Shown here one piece after another: positions 35,761 through 49,758 of a DNA stretch of 64,000 nt (positions within the stretch are counted from its first letter, which is position 1; each line of letters begins with the position of its first letter). The DNA comes from Mobula hypostoma. Its lineage: Eukaryota. Under the pieces are notes generated by a model. It was not told the origin of the DNA. It worked only from the letters and a program-made list of their open reading frames with translations, and did no database searches. The position numbers and the translations under genes are program-made. Location of the stretch: positions 13,332,001 through 13,396,000 of the forward strand of contig NC_086118.1 in the NCBI RefSeq assembly GCF_963921235.1. Direction: 5' to 3'.

Positions 35761-38700
35761 TCAATAGTCTGTTTTCAGGTATCTCACTAGGTTAAACTCC
35801 TATATAAATATAAAAACAAACACTGCAACAACAAAAAAACAAATTTTCAGCTGCACCTGTGGGAGGAGAAAGAGAGCTTATTTCTCCAAATACTCTTCAT
35901 TTGAACTGGTAAAGAAATGAAAGAAGAATGTAGAATTCCAAAAGGGATATAGGAGAGGTGATATCTCTGACAGCGTGAAGCTGTGGAGTTGTAAAGGAGA
36001 TGGAGGAAGGTGATGTCTCCAATGGAGTGAAGACGGGTTGATTAATCTTCCACTCCACCTCTGCTTTTGTAATCAGCTTCTTGGTTCCAAGACTTGCTAA
36101 GTTCTAAATTGTACCCAATTCTCAGTCTTACCTCTTCTTTTGGCGACTTTTGCAGAAACTCTCACCTCTTTAAACCATAATGCAACACCACCTTAAGAGG
36201 TGCAGAACCTCTTTATGTTGCACTCCAGTGCTTCTCATGGTCCAAGCATGTTGGGGATGAGAAGAGAAACCGTGTTGTGTCATAGTGTTAATAAATGTAA
36301 GCGGTAGGGAGTATAATTTCCGTTGATCAGGATTCAATGGCTTTGGCAGAGTGTTTGCAGCCAATGCCAACACAGGTCATGCAATGATAAGAGCAAGGAG
36401 AATAAATTAAACATTTTGCCAGCACAACGAATGGGCAAAAGTCAACTGCATATGACAATCTCCACAACCTTTCTCAGGGGCTATCCAATTAAACCACCAG
36501 CATGTATTGATTTCTGAATTTTAATCCAGTGTTTAGATACTTTCTTTACTAAACGCCAGAGCCCATGCCTGAATAAATGCAGCCTCACTGAAAACAAAGC
36601 CCAGGTCTTTCAGTACAGGCATAGAACTAATATCAATAGATACAAGGTCATAGTTCTTTCACTAAGCCACCGGTTGACCAGTAATCGGTCTGAAACTGGC
36701 TTGATAGCTTCAGAGCATGACCCTATTTTTCATTATCATCATCACATTGCACTCTGTCAAGGACATTGATTCCTGATCAATAAACTCACTCTCTCTACAG
36801 AATACATTAACTAACACTGACAAACCACAATTTCTTTTCACGATCTTCATCTATTTAACCCATGTGAAACTGTGAGTAATGAAGCATCTTGCAACTAGAG
36901 AATTGCTAAATACTTTCTCATTCATTTGAGTAACATTGAGTAACCCTGTTAGACATGGTCTCCCCAAGTCTACTATCAGACAGAGCGGGAGTTTTAAAAA
37001 AAAGGGAAAATAATCCTAAAAATATTGATTGTAAGGGGGAAGGTTCTTTTTAAAAGAGTGTCAGGCCATAAATGGAAACTTACTGCTAATAAATTCACAG
37101 CCTCAAACATTAGAAGATAGCATTTTTTTTCTGGGAGCAGCATCGGTGACCTGCACTGCTAACTCCTCAGGTTTTCCCTACCAAGTTCCTAACAAAGAAC
37201 TTGAAAGCGGAGTTAAGGAATGTAGTAACAAGAGGACAAGTAGATCTTGGCCTTTGCTGGGTAAAACATTTATCATCACAACAGGTGGCTTCAGCTGAAA
37301 AGACCATAAAGCTCCTTCAGTTTTATGAGACATTTAGCATCAGCAGCTCTCATGGCACCTTTGACTGATTTATTCCTGCACGTATCAGGGAGCTGGGTCA
37401 CCTGAATTGAAGACACTCATAAATCAACAATGGAAGGAACACACACCACAGTCACTGGCGTGGCACTGGTCCAAACATGGAGACAACAACAGTGTGCGCA
37501 CAATGTAAGATCAAGGGCTTCATTAGCATTGTATCATCACTCCTGGAACACAATCAAGTTTCCAAGAGAGATGTAAAAATGCCACTAATAAGGCTTCAAA
37601 TGGAATGTCATATCCGGCATTTCTTTTATATTTATGAGGACATTTTTATCCTTTTTAAGCTTCACTAATCGATTTGCGAAATTCATTACAGCAGCTCTTA
37701 AGTCTTTCTTTGCGACTTCGCTTTCTAGTCCTGAAAGTTCTTTTATATTTAGAACATAAATAATTATGAGGGGATGGCAGCATCACTGAGCCGCCTTGCT
37801 ATTCTGCAAGAGACAAGCCAAGAGCTCACATGCTGATGAGTTTTTGTACTTGTATCCGACCGCACGCCAGCAGGGGTTTGAGAATTAGAAGGATATATTT
37901 AGGGGATTGCATGCATATTAGTTTAGACTGGCTCTAATCCAACATGGCATAACATTCACCCAATGACAATTAAATCTTGGCAGGTGTGCTGTTCTTTCAG
38001 ATATTGCAACCTTCCTGAAGGAGAGGTGAAGAGCAGGGGAAGCTCTGTCATACCCAGCCCAAGCACAAGAGTTGACAGAAAGAATGACAACTGGATTTAA
38101 TCTCAGCAAAACACTCCAGAGACTGCAAATCCAAAAAAAAAACTGAACAAGCTGGAAATACCCAACAGATTAGGCAGCCTCTGTGGAGAAAGAACCAGTA
38201 TTTGTGCTTATTTTTTATACTAAATATAGGGCTGACATGTTGACTGTTTCCACCATCTTTTGTTTTAGTTTCAAAAATTGTAGAAGAATAGCATTAGTCA
38301 TCAATCAGGATTTACAAAAAAATAGCAAATTTTCAACATATTGTAAATTGGCTGCTGTTTTCATGCTTTTGTGAGTTAAAAACTGATCATCCCATTCAAT
38401 ACATTTCATTCATTTAATTAACTTACATTGGTCTGTAGTTTCATTTATTGTATTGCCATTGATTTATTATCATTACATGTGCCACAATAGAATGAATAAC
38501 TTGTCTTGCATACTGTTCATTCAGATCAGATCATTACACAGTGGATTGAAGCAGAACAAGGTAAAACAATAACAGTGCAGAATAAAGTGTAAAAGTTACA
38601 GAGAAATGCAGTGCAGATAAATGATAAAATGCATGATTTTCAGATCAAGAGTCCATCTGATTGTACAAGACTTGTTCAAGAGTCTGATTGTTCAGTCCTT

Positions 38701-39229
38701 CATACAATTAATTATTTTTCTTTGTGATTACCCACATTCAGCTTTTATCTTGAAATGAGTTGTTTCAAATCTGTATTAGGTCACTTCCTGTGCAGTCAGG
38801 AAGTAGGAAGTAGGAAAGCACTTTGGCTGACAGAAGGCTGGATGTTTATGTCTGGAGCTAACAAAGTTCCTTTCCAAAGCCATCCTGTTGCTTCCCCAGC
38901 AGAAGCATTGCTTCTAAGTTGGAGTTATTTTATTTAGAAGTTAATCTAAAGGTATCAATAAGATTCTGCTGAAATAAAATGTTATTTTTGAGTTTATTGG
39001 ACACTAACCTAGATGCTAATAGTTTGCACATACTGTACTACACAGAATTCTATAATAATTACATGCAAGAAACTTAACAAAAGTTCTCACATATCGGTGT
39101 ATATTTAATTGTGTGAATGGAACAATGTGGTAATTGCACTGTGTATTGTTGTTTTCAGTTTCACTCCTTATTCACTATGTCATGTCATTGAGTCTGCAAT
39201 AAAACCAGGGAGCTAGGAGGCTACACTAA

Positions 39230-39660
39230 ATGGAGTTTGGCCAATTGTCTAGTTGATGTTATAACACTTCAGCAAAGGCAGTCCACAGATAACAGCAGGA
39301 TAGAAGTTATCCTTGAGCCTGCTGGTACAAAAGCATGGATTTTGTATCTCCTTCCCAATGGAAGTGGAAGAAGGGAGAATGCCTGGGGTAGATAGGATCT
39401 ACGATTATTCTGGCTGCATTATTGCAGCAGTGAGAAGTATAGACAGAGTCCATGGCAAGGAAGTTGGTTTCTGTGATATGCTGAACTGTGTTCAGAGCTC
39501 TGCAGTTCCTTACAATCACATGCACAGCAGCTTCCATACCAGGCAGTTGCAGTAGGCATCCAGATAGAATGCTTTCAATGGTGCATTGGTAAAAATTGAC
39601 AAGAGTCAATAGGGACCTGAGAAATTTCTTATGTTGTCCCTTAATATTTTTGTCAACAAG
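39230..39660 (-). mobile_element. Rex1/L2-type LINE 3' fragment
   Basis: TLVNFYQCTIESILSGC..NTVQHITETNFLAMDSVYTSHCCNNAARII. Confidence 0.75.
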
Positions 39661-39835
39661 ATTCCATCTTTGGGCTATTGGAAGTATCAATTTGCATCAA
39701 CTGTCCAGCTAGTTTACTAAGTCAATCCGAAATTGTGAGAGGTGATATACTGTATAAATGTAAGCCTTTCTTTCAATCCTTTACTCTATTACAGATGCAC
39801 TAATTAAGAAATATAATAATAGCATCCATTAATAA

Positions 39836-40627
39836 CACTGGGCAACAAAGATTCTGCTTCCTGAATACTTTTTGGTGTATCTTATGGATTTTGGGCCGCT
39901 GATCAAAATCGCCATGAAATTTCCCTAATATGCCCCATTTATTTTGAAGTTGCCTACGTTGGTTATTTCATTTCAACTTTCAAGTCAGAATAACTAATGC
40001 AAAGATTGAAGAAGGTATTTTTGTTGGTCCACGAATCAAACAGGTCATCAATGACAGGCAATTCGAAGAACTTCTAATGAGACCAGAAAAACTCGAGTGG
40101 AAGGCATTCAATGATGCTGAAAGTTTTCTTGGCAACTACAGAGCACTAAACTACGCGCAGCTGGTTGACAACATGCTTCAAGCATACAAAGCCATGAAGT
40201 GCAACTTGTCACTAAAGGTTCACTTTCTGCATTTTCAAATTCTGACTTCTTCCCTGCAAATCTTGCCATTGTCAGTGACGAGTATGATGAAAGGTTTCAC
40301 CAGGACCTTGCAGTCATGGAGAAATGGCATCAAGGCAACTGGAATCCATCAATACTGGCTGATTATTGTTGGACACTTAAGCGAGAAGCCTTAGTACAAA
40401 TGAAAATCATCAACAAAATATTTTTAGCTTAGCTGAACTATAGCAAAGCATCAGCACCACTGTGCAATTAAACATATTATATTCAATAAAAGTTAATCTC
40501 TTGTTTCTTCAAATTCCAACAAGATACAAGTAGTCTGAAATAATATTTGCATTCAGCTACCAGCTGTCTATCATAAACAGAAAAATTCTGAGGATGCAAC
40601 ACCTTCAAAAAAATTTGTTGTCCAGCA
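39836..40627 (+). mobile_element. Chapaev3-type (CMC) DNA transposon, internally deleted
   Basis: TIRs CACTGGGCAACAAA / TTTGTTGTCCAGCA; TAA on both sides (39833-39835, 40628-40630). Transposase C-terminus GIFVGPRIK, FLGNYRA, CNLSLKVHFLH, DFFPANL..VSDEYDERFHQD, LADYCWTL. Confidence 0.85.
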
Positions 40628-41206
40628 TAATAAATTTGTAAACATTGAAAATCACAAGAACTGTGATAAAGGACGGCTTCAGCTTTTCTTCTCCAGACAG
40701 CATTAAGACTGGCATATTTTGCCAGTGACTTGACAGATGAATCTTCTCTCCAAGGGCTCCAAATAGAATGAACTTTTGTAATGATTGCTGGGATGAAGTT
40801 GATTTGGAATCAGATAGAATCAAAAGTCAAAGGGAATGGTGTATTAAATGGAACAGGACATCAGTGCTTCGACAGTATTTATGAAAAGAGTCAACTGCTA
40901 AAAGAATATTGAATTATTAAGCCCCATGGGCCTTGACCAGCTTTACCCCAATGAGACCAATTCCAGCTGAAATCAGGAGGTGAAATATAGTTAGCTTACA
41001 TGCAAGGATAAGGTAACACCTTTGCTAAACCTTAACCACAGCATCTGCAGGATATGACGGCATGAGGCCTTGTAATATTTTGTGATACAGTTTCACCTGA
41101 AATCAACACTTGACCAGAAATGGAATATCAAATACCTGTACGGAAAACATGAAGATCTATCTATTTCGTTCTTAAATGACTTAGTATCCAATATGGACAA
41201 ACGCAT

Positions 41207-42197
41207 TGTCATAAGGAGGTGGCTGGGAACGGACCCAAGTGCAAGACACAGACACTGAAGTACTAGGGACAGGACTAGGATACAGGGTGGGGGCAAGGAC
41301 AGGGACACGAAAAACTGGGAACCCAGAACAGGAATGGACAAGGGAGCTAGGGCTTGGACTCCGAGCCAGAGACTGGATAAGGACCCAGTACCTGGGTCTT
41401 GCCTGTGGCTCAGACCCCAGAACTAGGCAAGGACAAGGCTGGAGTCTTCAGGCTTGAGGCTAGAAGCTAGAGACTAGAGACAAGGCTTGGCAGGAGGCAG
41501 GAGGCTGGAGTCTTCAGGCTTGAGGCTAGAGGCTAGAGACGAGGCGAGGCTTGGCAGGAGGCTGGAGACTTCAGGCTAGAGGCTAGAGACTAGAGGCAAG
41601 GTTTGGCAGGAGGCAGGAGGCTCTTCCTGGGCAGGTTGCGGTTCTCCTGGGCAGGGCACAGTACTCCACCCGACGGAGGCAAGGGACAGGAAGGGACAGA
41701 ACCAACCGTAGTGTACGGCAATACAGCCTGGCTTACCTGACGGAGGCAAGGGTTAGGAAGGGGCAGAACCAACTGTAGGTAACGGCAATACGGCCTGGCT
41801 TACCCGACGGAGGCAAGGGACAGGAAGAGAGCTAAGTACGGGGTGGCTCCAGGACAAGACTGCAGGCGAGACGAGGCGAGAGTTACCAGCAAGACCAGGC
41901 GAGGCTTCAGGCAGTGCAAGGCGAAAAGAGAACTTCAGGCGAGGCGAGAGTTACCGGCAAGGCTTCAGGCAAAGAAACAGAAGGCAGAGGAAGGGATACA
42001 AGGAGTAAAGGACAAGAACAATCCAGCAGCCACGCCCTGGTCTCTGAAGGTATTTATGCAACCAGCCCCAACGAGCATCAGCTGCCTCAATTAGAGCTCA
42101 ACAAGAACAGAAACAGGGTAAACAGGAAAACTTGGAGCAAGGGTCGATGGACCGGACCATGAAGCGGAATACCGACTTCACGGACCGGACCATGACA
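41207..42197 (-). mobile_element. Solo LTR (991 bp) with internal tandem repeats
   Basis: TGTCAT...ATGACA termini; 5-bp TSD CGCAT at 41202-41206 and 42198-42202; minus-strand CATAAATA near 42055. Confidence 0.88.
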
Positions 42198-43789
42198 CGC
42201 ATGTTCTCCTCCAAAAGTTAATAAATTTAAATTTCATTGTATGTACCACACTGGAGCCCGGTTCCTGCCGCTGTACGAAATAAAGTCATGCTCCAAAATT
42301 TCACAACAGATTTCATGATTTCCTCCCACAATCCAAAGACGTTTGGGTCAGTAGGTTACTCGGTCACATGGGTCATTGGGCAGCGTAGGCTCATCGGCCC
42401 AGAAGGGCTATTACCATGCTGTGTCTCTACTAATAAATAATAAATTCTAAGCACTGTTAAGTCTCAACTTAACAAAAAATCCATTGTCTAAAACTATGAA
42501 AACACAAATGCTGTAAAAAATCAGGAGGTCAAGCAGCATCAGTGAAGGAACTAAATAAACCAAGACTTATTTCTGATTCTGGAAACATTCATAATAGTAT
42601 GGTAACTCGTGGTAATTACCTTGTGACTTCCTTTCCAAATGCCAAAGGTTAACAGACTGAGATGGATCTTTCATTTGTGAAATTGTATTCAATGGCTAAC
42701 AATACACTGACAACAGGTCCATGTTTTTTTTCTGCTGAAGATTATTTGAAGGATTTCCTCTTCAAGAATTCATCCAATCTATGTACTGCTATAAACAGTG
42801 GGAATAACCAAAACAAAGCCATCCACCCAAGCATTTTCAGAATCATTTTTCTTTCTTATTTCTGCCCGTAGCAGCATTAATGAAGGAGATACGATGGCTG
42901 TGGTGCTAATATTCATCTGCTGCACGGAGGACTGCCCTGGTCAAAGGTTAAGAATAGTTATTATCGTAATTTATTCAAAATAATACAGTGAAGTAAGAAT
43001 TTACAATCAGATCACATATGTAAGGTTATAGTTTACCCAGTGATGCAGTGAGGCAGAGCAATGAATATGCCGATTCTAAATAAAAGTATAATGTGGCCCA
43101 GGTGCACTCAGCCAGTCATTTATATTGACTACCACTGTCTCCATTCAAACTAAACCCTTCGTTATTCTCAAAGTGTCTTCTCATGCAACTAAAATTTAAG
43201 GCTTCCAGAAGATTACGCAATGTATTCTGTAAATTTCTAAAAATGGTTCAAGTCCTACCTGTCATCTGTGCAGCAAGAAGCAGTGGACAACCCATACTGA
43301 CTTGCTCCCTCTATTACAATCATGTAACACTAGGCCAATTAATTCCTCATAACCGTAAATGATGTGTGGGATCGCTCAGCTGTATGGAAACCAGTGGCAA
43401 ATGGAAGTCATAGGAAAAACAGGAGATATTACCAATCTACAGCTGAGAAAGATGAATCAGAATGCTCTCTTAGTGGAAGAGAAGGAATGCTGTGGAGCAG
43501 TAAAGGGTGAAGATCAAAGGTCTTGACCTAAAATTTCTCTCGAACCTCCAGCATTTTGTCAATTGCTCCCGTTTCCATCATTTGCAGTTTCTTATGCTTC
43601 TGAATAGCAAAAGGTATCAGGAATTCAGGGACACAAAACAATTCAAAGGAGCACACAATACTAACTAATTCAATCAGCCTGGGGTTGCTGAGTAAAATTA
43701 GCAAATGCTAGGAAAACTCAGAGAGTCAGGCAACATCTGTGGAAAGAGAACAGAATAAACGTTTCAAGTTGGTGACAAAGAATTATAAT

Positions 43790-44560
43790 AATTAAATGTG
43801 CAAAAGAAGACAAACTGTGCAAATATGCAAAACAAACAAATAAATAAATACTGAGTACATGAGTTTCAGAGACCCTGGCAGTGAGCTGATAGGCTGTGGA
43901 ATCTGTTCAAGTGTTGAGGTGAGTCAAGTTATCTCTGCTGATTCAGGAGCCTGAGTGTTGAAGGGTAATAACTACTCCTGAAGCTGGTAGTGTGGGACCT
44001 AAGGCTCTTGTACCTTCATCCCGATGGCAGCAATGAGTAGAGAGCTATCCTGGATGGTGAAGGTCCTAGATGATGGATGCTGGTTTCTTGCTCCTTGTCG
44101 ATGAGCTCAATGGTGGGGATGGCTTTGCCTGTCATGGACTGGGCTGTATCCACCTATTTTTGCAGGCTTTTCCTTTCCTGGGCATTGGTGTTTCCTTCCC
44201 AGGCCACGATGAAATCAGTTTGGATACGCTCCACTGTGCATTTATAGAAGTTTGTCAAAGTTTTAAATGACATGCTGAATCTTTTCAAACATCTAAGAAA
44301 GTAGAGACACTGCCATGTCTTCTTTGTAATGTCATTTACTGTACATGCTGATCCCAGTATAGATCCTCAAAATGATAACTCCAAGGAATTTAAAGTTACT
44401 AACCCTCTCCACCTCCATTTCCTAATGAGGACTGGCTTACAGACATCTGGTTTCTTCCTTCTGTAGCCAATAATCAGCTCTTTGGTTTTGCTGACGTTGA
44501 GTGAGAGGTTGTTGTTGTGGCACCATTCAACAAGATTTTCAATCTCCCTCCTATATATGT
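43790..44560 (-). mobile_element. Rex1/L2-type LINE fragment
   Basis: YRREIENLVEWCHNNNLSLNVSKTKELII plus the family 3' UTR. Confidence 0.8.
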
Positions 44561-45959
44561 ATAATAAGCTGCTTACTGCATTAGTAGGTTGCACTAGTTA
44601 GCATGTTACAAACAGCCAATAACACTGGCTTACCCAGTGACTGCTAATAAACACAATGTTAGATACAGTATATGGATGCCTTAAATATCATTTAAATAGA
44701 AATTATATCAGGCCACCCACAGAATCCTCAATGTGCTTGTGATGCCAACACATATCAGCAGATGTTAAAGCTGTCAGAACAAATGCCTATTACTCTTATT
44801 AACACTAAGCCCTTTTGCTTGATCAAGTTACAGTCAGTGACTATTTGGGAAAAGCTAATAGATGCCTTTAAATCAAAGGCAAAGCAAACATTCTGCAAGC
44901 ACCCTGATCATCAATCACATTCACCAAAAGCACACATTTACACAAATTGCAAGTCACTTGTCTTGGATGAGATCCAAGCTGATGTCACTGTAGTCAATGA
45001 CCCTGGAAAGTTCCTTTCACTGGTTCCTTACATACATACCTAAAATAGCATAACCAGCAGCAGCCCTAATTTTCAATATAATTTTCCAAGAGCCATATGA
45101 ACTCTCCAAATATTCTTCCTACTCTGACTCCATCGGAGATTAGATTCCAGCAGTGTTGGAACTTGTGGTTGATTAAACTGTGGGTTTTAAAATTTCTGGG
45201 TGTTGAATTGCTTCTATCCAATCAGTTATCCAACTGGCAGAATGACTCACTTAAAATAATAACTGTTCATTAAACTGCTATTTAACATTTGCGGAGATGA
45301 AAATCACTTAGTTTCGGAAGTCGCGTTTAAGTCCCAAGTGTTCCCAGCACTTCTCTTTTGACACTGTCAGTCACTCTAATCAATAGTCTTGCCTCCTGCC
45401 CATTATAAAAGACTATACATTTCATATATCCTAATGTTATCTGGATGTCAACAGAGTATTTTCTTAATTTTATAGTGCATCTCACTGATAGTGCATGACT
45501 TAACTTCTAAATTTCTGCATTTATTTCCAGAATGGAACAGTCTACATCTGTATTAATACTTACGTCAATCTGAATTAGTCATCATTAATTTTGAAATATT
45601 TTGGTTTGTTTATCATGGCTAGAGGCATTAAAGTTTTCAAAGTGTTTTCCTCATATCATTCTCCTGGGGTTTTCCACTATAATTATTTCTTTTCCACTGG
45701 GGCTGTGGCTGAATGTTATTGTTGTGGCTTATGGTCTGCCTAACCTTGCATGTAGAGACTTCTGTATCTTACTCAGGATGACCAAATGATTTTGCAGTCC
45801 TAAATTGATAGGCTGATGTGAATGGTTCCCCTTATAGCCCACAGCAGGGTTTTCTTCTAGACCAGTTGTCAAGTCACTTGCGATCATGATATTGGAGCTC
45901 CTAATTTTTTTTCACCTCTAATTTTAATACTAATTGAAATCTTTCACGTGCCTGTAAAA

Positions 45960-46190
45960 CACGACACATTTCAATGAAAAGAAAATGGGTTCTCCCTGTG
46001 TCCTGCCCAATACTGCTCAATCATCATCACTTAAGGACAGTTCTAGAGTTTATTGCGATCTTATTTGTGGGAGTTTTTCAAGCAATTTGGCTGCCATGTT
46101 CCCTCTCACGGTGACGGCATTCCTAAATTATATAATTGATTGTTTGGCCCTTGTAAGACCCTGAAATTGCAAAGGTCACTATGTACAAAG
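45960..46190 (+). mobile_element. Deu-domain SINE relic (SacSINE1/AmnSINE-like)
   Basis: GTTCTCCCTGTGTCCTGCCCAATA..TTTGTGGGAG..AATTTGGCTGCCATGTTCCC resembles the Deu domain as I recall it; highly diverged. Confidence 0.55.
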
Positions 46191-47593
46191 CTGTTTGCAC
46201 TTGTGTGGAACTATTCTGCATGTTTGATTGCTCGCTCTCTGTTCCATAACTCTGAGTGACAAATGCCTCTCTTCCCTTTAATGCCAACATCCATGTGGTT
46301 ATTATGGTGGAGAGTAAAGCTTTCTATCGGAATGTATTTCCACTTATCACATGGGATTCAACAGGGAAAAGGATTTACCTTATAGAAAATCATGATACAA
46401 ACAATTTTCTAGGAACTCAGTCTTTCAAATATGTGTTGGTTCACTCTTTTATTGGACTAGAGATTGCCACACAGCTCTGTGGTACAGTGGGAATTTCCAC
46501 CAAACCCACTCCCATGATTTTTGCTCATGCAGCATGCCTGGAAGGCCTTGCTACTGAAGTATATTTTGCCAAGAGTAACACAACTGTGACATTTTATTCT
46601 CCTGGATGTTAACTGTTTTTCTTTTTTACCACCTCAATCTAATGATGTGATGAAATGATCTGCATGGATGGCATGAAAACAAGGTTTCTTCATCATACCT
46701 CAGTTTATGTGACAATAATAAACCAACTTACCAGATTACTAAGCAGCAGTAACTGTGTACACTTTTCTGCTTTCATTAACTGCTGATATAAAAATAAGCA
46801 AAATAAATTAATTAGTAATTTAATTTGAATGTATAACATTATTGACCTGCTAAGAAAGTTGGACTTCATAGAAAAATTCCAATCAGACAATGCATAAGAA
46901 GAGATATAAATAGTTACTTTAAAAGATGCAAAACAAATTACTCGTGAGTGACTTTCATTAGCATTTTCAATCTTCAAGAACCCATGAATATTTTTCAGTA
47001 TCATTGCTATGTCTGTGCTGTTATTTTATACAAATTATCCAAGTGCATTTCATTTCATAGGTTTTCAATCACTCCCTTCTTTTGTTGCATACGAACTACC
47101 AACTTGCATCAGATGAATGTAACAGATGTTATATTAGACTATAATACTAAGGAGCAGAATTAAGATATTCGGCTCATTCGCTCTGCTGAGCTATTTCATC
47201 TTGGCTGATCCATTTCCCTCTTAACCCCATTCTCCTGCCTTCTTCCCATAACCTTTCATACTCTGACTAATCAAGAACCTATCAATCTCCACCGTATATG
47301 CACCTAATGATCTGGTCAATACAGCCGCCTGTTGCAATGAATTTCACAGATTTACCACCCTCTGCCAAAAGAAATTCCTCCTCGTCTCTGTTCTAAATGG
47401 ATGTCCCTCTATTTTGAGGCTATACTCTCTGGTCCTAGACACCCCACCGAAGGAAACATCCTCTCCACATCCACTCTATCGACATCTTTCAACATTTGAT
47501 AGGTTTCAGTAAGATACCCACTCTTTCCTCTAACTTCCTGTGAGTACAGGCCCAGAGCCTTCAGTCACTGTTCATATGACAACCTTTTCATTC

Positions 47594-48085
47594 TTTTATA
47601 CTTTATACTTTATTGTCGCCAAACAATTAGTACTAGAAGGTACAATCATCACAGCGATACTTGAATCTGCACTTCACACTCCCTGGATTACAAATATTAA
47701 ATATTAAAAATAGTTAAAATTAGTAAATATTAAGAATTTAAGTTATAAATCATAAATAGAAAATAGAAAAATGGGAAGTAAGGTAGTGCAAAAAAACCGA
47801 GAGGCAGGTCCGGATATTTGGAGGGTATGGCCCAGATCTGGGTCAGGATCCGTTCAGCAGTCTTATCACAGTTGGAAAGAAGCTGTTCCCAGATCTGGCC
47901 ATACGAGTCTTCAAGCTCCTGAACCTTCTCCTGGAGGGAAGAGGGACAAAAAGTCTGCTGGCTGGGTGGGTCGTGTCCTTAATTGTCCTGGCAGCACTTC
48001 TCCGACAGCGTGCGGTGTAAAGTGAGTCCATGGATGGAAAATTGGTTTCTGTGATGTGCTGCGCCGTGTTCACAATCTTCTGCAG
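47594..48085 (-). mobile_element. Younger Rex1/L2-type LINE 3' fragment inside CR1
   Basis: LQKIVNTAQHITETNFPSMDSLYTARCRRSAARTIKD..NSFFPTVIRLLN; TSD CATTC at 47589-47593 and 48086-48090. Confidence 0.85.
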
Positions 48086-49758
48086 CATTCCCAGAATCAT
48101 TCTTGTGATCTTCTGCTGAAACCTCTCCAACGTCAGCACATCCTTTATTAAATAAATGGCCAAAAACTGCTCACGATAATCCAAGTGAGGCCTCACCAGT
48201 GCCTTTGTACAGCCTCAGCATCCCATCCTTGCCCTATATTCTAATTCTCTTGGAATGAATGCTAACATTGCATTCGCCTTCCTCATGACAACCTGCAAAT
48301 TAACCTTCCGTGAATCCTGCACAGAGACCTGCAAATCCCTTTGCACTGTGGATTTTGAAATTTCTCCCCATTAAAAAAGTAGCCTATGCTTTTGTTCCTT
48401 CTACCAAAATGCATACCATACACTTCCTGACATTGTTCATTCCTGATATTTGCTCATTTTCATAATCTGTCTAAGTCCTTCTGGAGGCACTCTGCTTCTT
48501 CGGTACTATCTGCCCTTCCACCTATCTTAATATTGTCCACAAACTTGGCCTCAAAGTCATCAATTTCATCAAATCATTGACATACAAGGTAAAAAGAAGC
48601 AGACCCTACACAGACCGCTGTGAAACACCACTTGTCACCAACAACTAATTTGAAAAGGATTTCTTCATTCCCATTCTTTGTCTCCTGCCAATCAACCAAT
48701 CTATCAGCTCCATCCATAGTTGTATCTCTTCTGTAATACCCTGGGCTCTTATCAAGTTTAGCAGCCTCATGTGCAGTACCTTGTCAAAGAACTTTTGAAA
48801 ATCCAAGTACACAACATCCATTGATTCTCCTTTGTCTATGCTGTTAACTATTTCATCAAATACTTCAAAAAGATTTGTCAGGCAAGATTTTCCCTTAAGG
48901 AAACCAACTTGGAGTATTGTGAGAAGTTTTAGCCTATATTGTTATGTACCTCCAAGTATCCCAAAGCCACATCCTTAACAATCAACTCCAACATCTTCCC
49001 AGCCGCTGAGGTTAGAGCAACTGGTCCTTTCATCTGCCTTCATCTCTTCTTGAAGTGTGGAGTGACATTTGCAATTTTTCCAGTCTTCTGGAGCCATGCT
49101 AGACTCTATTGATTCTTGAAAGATCATTACAAATGACTCCACAATCTCTTCAACTACTTCTTTCAGAACAGTGGTGTGTAGTCCATCAGTTCCAGGTGGT
49201 TTATCTACCTTCAGACTTTTCTGTTTCTCAAGCACCATCTCCCTAGGAATAGCCACTGCTCTCACTTCTGCCCCTTTACACTTATGAACTTTGAGCATGT
49301 TAATAACGGTGAAGCCTGATGCAAAATACTTATTCAGTTTGTCCACCATTTCTTTGTCCCCCGCTATCTCTCACGTCATTTTCCAGAGGTACAATATCTA
49401 CACTCACCTCTCTTTTACATTTTATATATCTGGAAAAACCTTTGGTATCATTTCAAAGTTCCAAGTAAAATTTATTGTCAGAGTACATACATATCACCAC
49501 ATACAACTCTGAGATCTTTTCTCTACTGGCGTACTTGTAAACGAGATCGGTAAACTGTAAACATCAGGAACTATAAACTAAACAAACTGTGCAAATGCAG
49601 ATATAAATATATAGCAATAAATAATAAATGAAATAACAAGATAAAATAGTTCTTAAATGAGTGTAGTTATCCCTTTTTGTTCAAGAGCCTGATGGTTGAT
49701 GGGTGGTAATTGTTCTTGAACCTGATTGTGCAAGTTCTTAGGCACCTCTACCTTCTAC

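Noticed and set aside
41437..41830. CRISPR-like repeat-spacer appearance
   Set aside because: The intervening sequences are themselves repeated, the array lies inside an LTR, the context is eukaryotic and there are no cas genes.
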